From NCBI GenBank assembly GCA_021810565.1, contig JAJZIM010000004.1, positions 13,300 through 77,299 on the forward strand: DNA of 64,000 bases, in the 5' to 3' direction. Positions 61,624-64,000 of this stretch are shown here, piece after piece; within the stretch, counting starts at the first letter, position 1; each line of letters starts with the position of its first letter. The notes under the pieces are model-generated. The model ran no database searches. It was given only the letters and a program-made list of their open reading frames with translations, and was not told where the DNA came from. The DNA comes from Bacillota bacterium (GTDB taxonomy: Bacteria > Bacillota > Sulfobacillia > JAJZIM01). Position numbers and translations under genes: made by a program.

Positions 61624-63080
61624 AGCAGCATCCGCATGGCCATGGGCAGCGAGAACAGCCACCAGCCGAAAGCCAGGTAGCCGCCCAGGACCACCAGCAT
61701 GGGTGCCGCGGCCCGCACCGCCTGCGCCGGGGGATACAGGCGGCGGCTGCACACCGCCAGCACGCCGGCCGAGGCGGCGATACCGAGCCCTAAGAGAAGC
61801 TCCTGGAGGCCATGCACCGTGCTCAAGGGCAGCAGGGAGGCCGGGGGGATCCAGCCGGCCGTACCGAAAAGGTTCCAACCCATTCCCAAAGGATCCGAGA
61901 GCACCGGCACCACCTTGGCGAACTCCATGGCTAGGTGCATGGTGTTGTGGGCCAGGTGAAAAAACAGGGCCAAGGGGATCATGGCGTAGGCATAGGTGAC
62001 AAACAGCCGGCGCCGCGGCACGCCCCGCTCCCTAGCCAGCCGCCATCCGATGCCGGTGGCCAGCCGGTGCGCCAGCAGGGGCACCGCCAGCATGACGGCC
62101 ATCAGGAGGGAGAAGGCTCCCGTATAGCCCCAGCCCGTGACGAACTCCAACAGGTCCACCAACTGGAACCAGGGTGGCACCATGGTCACCGCGTGGAAGA
62201 TGACCAGGCTCAAAAGGACCAAAGCCAGGTAGGCCTCGTCGCCCCGCGCTCGGAAAGCCTTCACCAAGTCGGCCCCAAAGGGGCGCAGGTTCAAGGCGAG
62301 GTTGTCCCGGGGGCACGTCTTGACGCACTCCAGGCACAGGATGCAGTAGGTGTTGCGATCCATGGTGCCAGGGTACTGGCCGGTGGGACAGCCGTAGCCC
62401 CGTTGGTTTCCGGTGAGGCAATCCTTGCTCCGGCATCGCCGGCACACGCGCCGGTCCCGCGCCCTGAGTTCCACCGGAGCGAAGAGGGCGTAAAGACCGC
62501 TGATGCGCCCCACGGGGCAAGCATAGCGGCAAAAGGGGGCCCGCCGGTACACCAGGGCGCTCACCACGGTGAGGGTCAAGAGCAACACCGCCGCCACCGC
62601 CGTGAACAGCGGGTCCATGGTCAGCCCGACCCCCAACTCCAACCACACGAACAGCAGAAAAAAAGCGATGGCCGGGCCAAGGTTGCGCCAGCGCCGCGGC
62701 CAGGCGGCCTCCCCCGGCGCATCGAGCCGCACGCCCCAAAGCGCGCCGTGCTTGGTCCACTCCGCCAAGGCGTTCCAAGGACACACGTAGCACCAGACCT
62801 TGCCGAAGCACAGGATCAGGAAGATCACCCCGATCCACCAGATCATCCAGGTGCCCACGGTGGCGAAGCTCTTCGCGGCGATGCTCGTCCCGACGAGTCC
62901 CGCCACGATGACCAGACCGAACAGCAGCACGAAAATCATCTGGGCACCGAAACGCACCCCCCGGCTCGCCGCCAGACGACGCACCGGGCTCAGGGACAAA
63001 AGATCATAGCGCCAAGGTTTCGGATGCGCTCTGGGACGCGGGTTTGCAGCATCCTCCCGCCGGTGCAAGACCGCCGCCAC
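61620..63080 (-). CDS. membrane-bound 4Fe-4S polyferredoxin (CcoG/FixG-like)
   Basis: CYVCPW, CPVGRISG, CRRCRSKDC, CILCLECVKTCP, plus TM helices. Confidence 0.75.
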   Translation of the reverse strand: MAAVLHRREDAANPRPRAHPKPWRYDLLSLSPVRRLAASRGVRFGAQMIFVLLFGLVIVAGLVGTSIAAKSFATVGTWMIWWIGVIFLILCFGKVWCYVCPWNALAEWTKHGALWGVRLDAPGEAAWPRRWRNLGPAIAFFLLFVWLELGVGLTMDPLFTAVAAVLLLTLTVVSALVYRRAPFCRYACPVGRISGLYALFAPVELRARDRRVCRRCRSKDCLTGNQRGYGCPTGQYPGTMDRNTYCILCLECVKTCPRDNLALNLRPFGADLVKAFRARGDEAYLALVLLSLVIFHAVTMVPPWFQLVDLLEFVTGWGYTGAFSLLMAVMLAVPLLAHRLATGIGWRLARERGVPRRRLFVTYAYAMIPLALFFHLAHNTMHLAMEFAKVVPVLSDPLGMGWNLFGTAGWIPPASLLPLSTVHGLQELLLGLGIAASAGVLAVCSRRLYPPAQAVRAAAPMLVVLGGYLAFGWWLFSLPMAMRMLL

Positions 63081-63957
63081 CTCCCCCCCGGCGCCGTCCC
63101 AGGTCCCGCACGTCCCGACTGATCAGGTTGCCGGCCGGACAAGCCGCCAGGCAGTTGCCGCATCCGGTGCACCCGCCGTCTTGCACCCGCCCGGTGGCCG
63201 CCAGGGCCGCCGCCGGGCGGCAACTGGCCTCGCAGACGGCGCTGCAGACCCGGGTGCGGCATTCCCGGCAGATCTGCGGCCGCAGCGCCTCCAGGCGGAA
63301 GAACCCCCACCGGCTGATGCCGCCCAGGAGCATCCCCACCGGGCAGAGGAATCGGCTGCAGGCGCGGGTGCCCAGCCAGGGCATCGCCAACCAGGAGAGG
63401 TACATCAGCAGCATCCAGACCAAGCCGTAGGCCAAGACCGCCGGGTCTTGGCCGAGGAAGCTCCAGGCACCCCAATGCAGGGCGCTGAGGACCGACAAGA
63501 CGGCCGCCACCACCACCGCCGCGGCCACCCCGCCGCCGATCCACCGCCCGATCAAGGCGGGGCGCCCCGCCAAGTTGTAGGGGATGAACCGCTCCCCCAC
63601 CGCGCCGTAGAAGAGGGCGGAGGTGCAAAGCACGCCACACACGCTGCGCCGCCCGAAAAGCCAGGCGAACAGCGCGAGCGCGGCCAGCGACGCCCCGAGG
63701 GATAGGCTCCAGACCGAGCCTGCCGCCCCCGGCGCGCCTTGCAGCGGCCATCCGCCGCCCCACAGCCAAGGGCCGGCCACTCCCAGAAGAAAGTAGGCGG
63801 CCAGGGCGGCTCCCAGACGGCGCCGCCGGTAGGTATCCGCCAGGCCCGGCAACCGGGCCAAGACCAGGAGCGCCAAGACCAGTCCCACGCCCAAGACCGA
63901 CCACGGCATGCCCAGCAGCGTGGTCACCCCGCCGCCCCACACCGCAGCCGTGGCCAA
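63004..63957 (-). CDS. membrane-bound 4Fe-4S ferredoxin (NapH-like)
   Basis: CPVGMLLG, CRECRTRVCSAVC, CTGCGNCLAACP. The 77-nt overlap with the next gene makes one boundary uncertain. Confidence 0.7.
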   Translation of the reverse strand: MATAAVWGGGVTTLLGMPWSVLGVGLVLALLVLARLPGLADTYRRRRLGAALAAYFLLGVAGPWLWGGGWPLQGAPGAAGSVWSLSLGASLAALALFAWLFGRRSVCGVLCTSALFYGAVGERFIPYNLAGRPALIGRWIGGGVAAAVVVAAVLSVLSALHWGAWSFLGQDPAVLAYGLVWMLLMYLSWLAMPWLGTRACSRFLCPVGMLLGGISRWGFFRLEALRPQICRECRTRVCSAVCEASCRPAAALAATGRVQDGGCTGCGNCLAACPAGNLISRDVRDLGRRRGGGGGGLAPAGGCCKPASQSASETLAL

Positions 63958-64000
63958 CCCCTCAAGCAGCGGTCCGCCTTGCGGCGGCGCGGCGAAGAGG

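Overview
Very GC-rich window with Gram-positive-style GGAGG ribosome-binding sites. It has two parts. Positions 1 to about 42233 are the right-hand ~42 kb of an integrated mobile element whose left end lies outside the window. It ends with a tyrosine integrase (40930-42129) next to tRNA-Val (42234-42308). Almost all of its genes are on the minus strand. From right to left: (1) a lower-GC accessory islet with a DNA methyltransferase fused to an Mrr-like nuclease domain and a truncated ATPase-Toprim (OLD/PARIS-like) remnant; (2) an ImmR/ImmA-Cro-Xis regulatory switch; (3) an element-borne, atypical tRNA-Pro-like gene; (4) a replication module: HTH-Cas4-like nuclease, Toprim protein, D5/P4-type primase-helicase, an origin-like region with consensus DnaA boxes plus iterons, a RecD/TraA helicase split into two ORFs by a C5-methyltransferase cassette, and a family A DNA polymerase; (5) cargo and small Cys-rich ORFs, including a GH130 glycosidase; (6) a Tad/T4SS-like secretion or pilus module: SLT transglycosylase, RNA ligase, pilin-like protein, VirB6-like polytopic protein, PrgI-like/ParA-like fusion, CpaE-like ATPase, CpaF/VirB11-like ATPase and a T2SSF platform protein. 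No virion genes, VirB4, VirD4 or relaxase are visible in the window. Three IS200/IS605-derived OMEGA insertions without TnpA lie inside the element: a full IscB with a structured upstream omega-RNA region (15.1-17.0 kb), an HNH-less IsrB-like copy (1.8-3.1 kb), and a ~150-bp internally deleted derivative of the IscB element (29.7 kb). Positions 42.3-64 kb are ordinary chromosome: a GldG-type ABC transporter, a cbb3-type (C-family) cytochrome oxidase cluster with an unusually fragmented CcoP region, BNR and PQQ-like beta-propellers, and CcoG/NapH-like polyferredoxins with FixH-like proteins. Many long ORFs in the six-frame track are GC-driven antisense shadows and were rejected. Coordinates taken from raw-sequence reading (tRNAs, hairpins, small ORFs, repeats) may be off by a few nucleotides.
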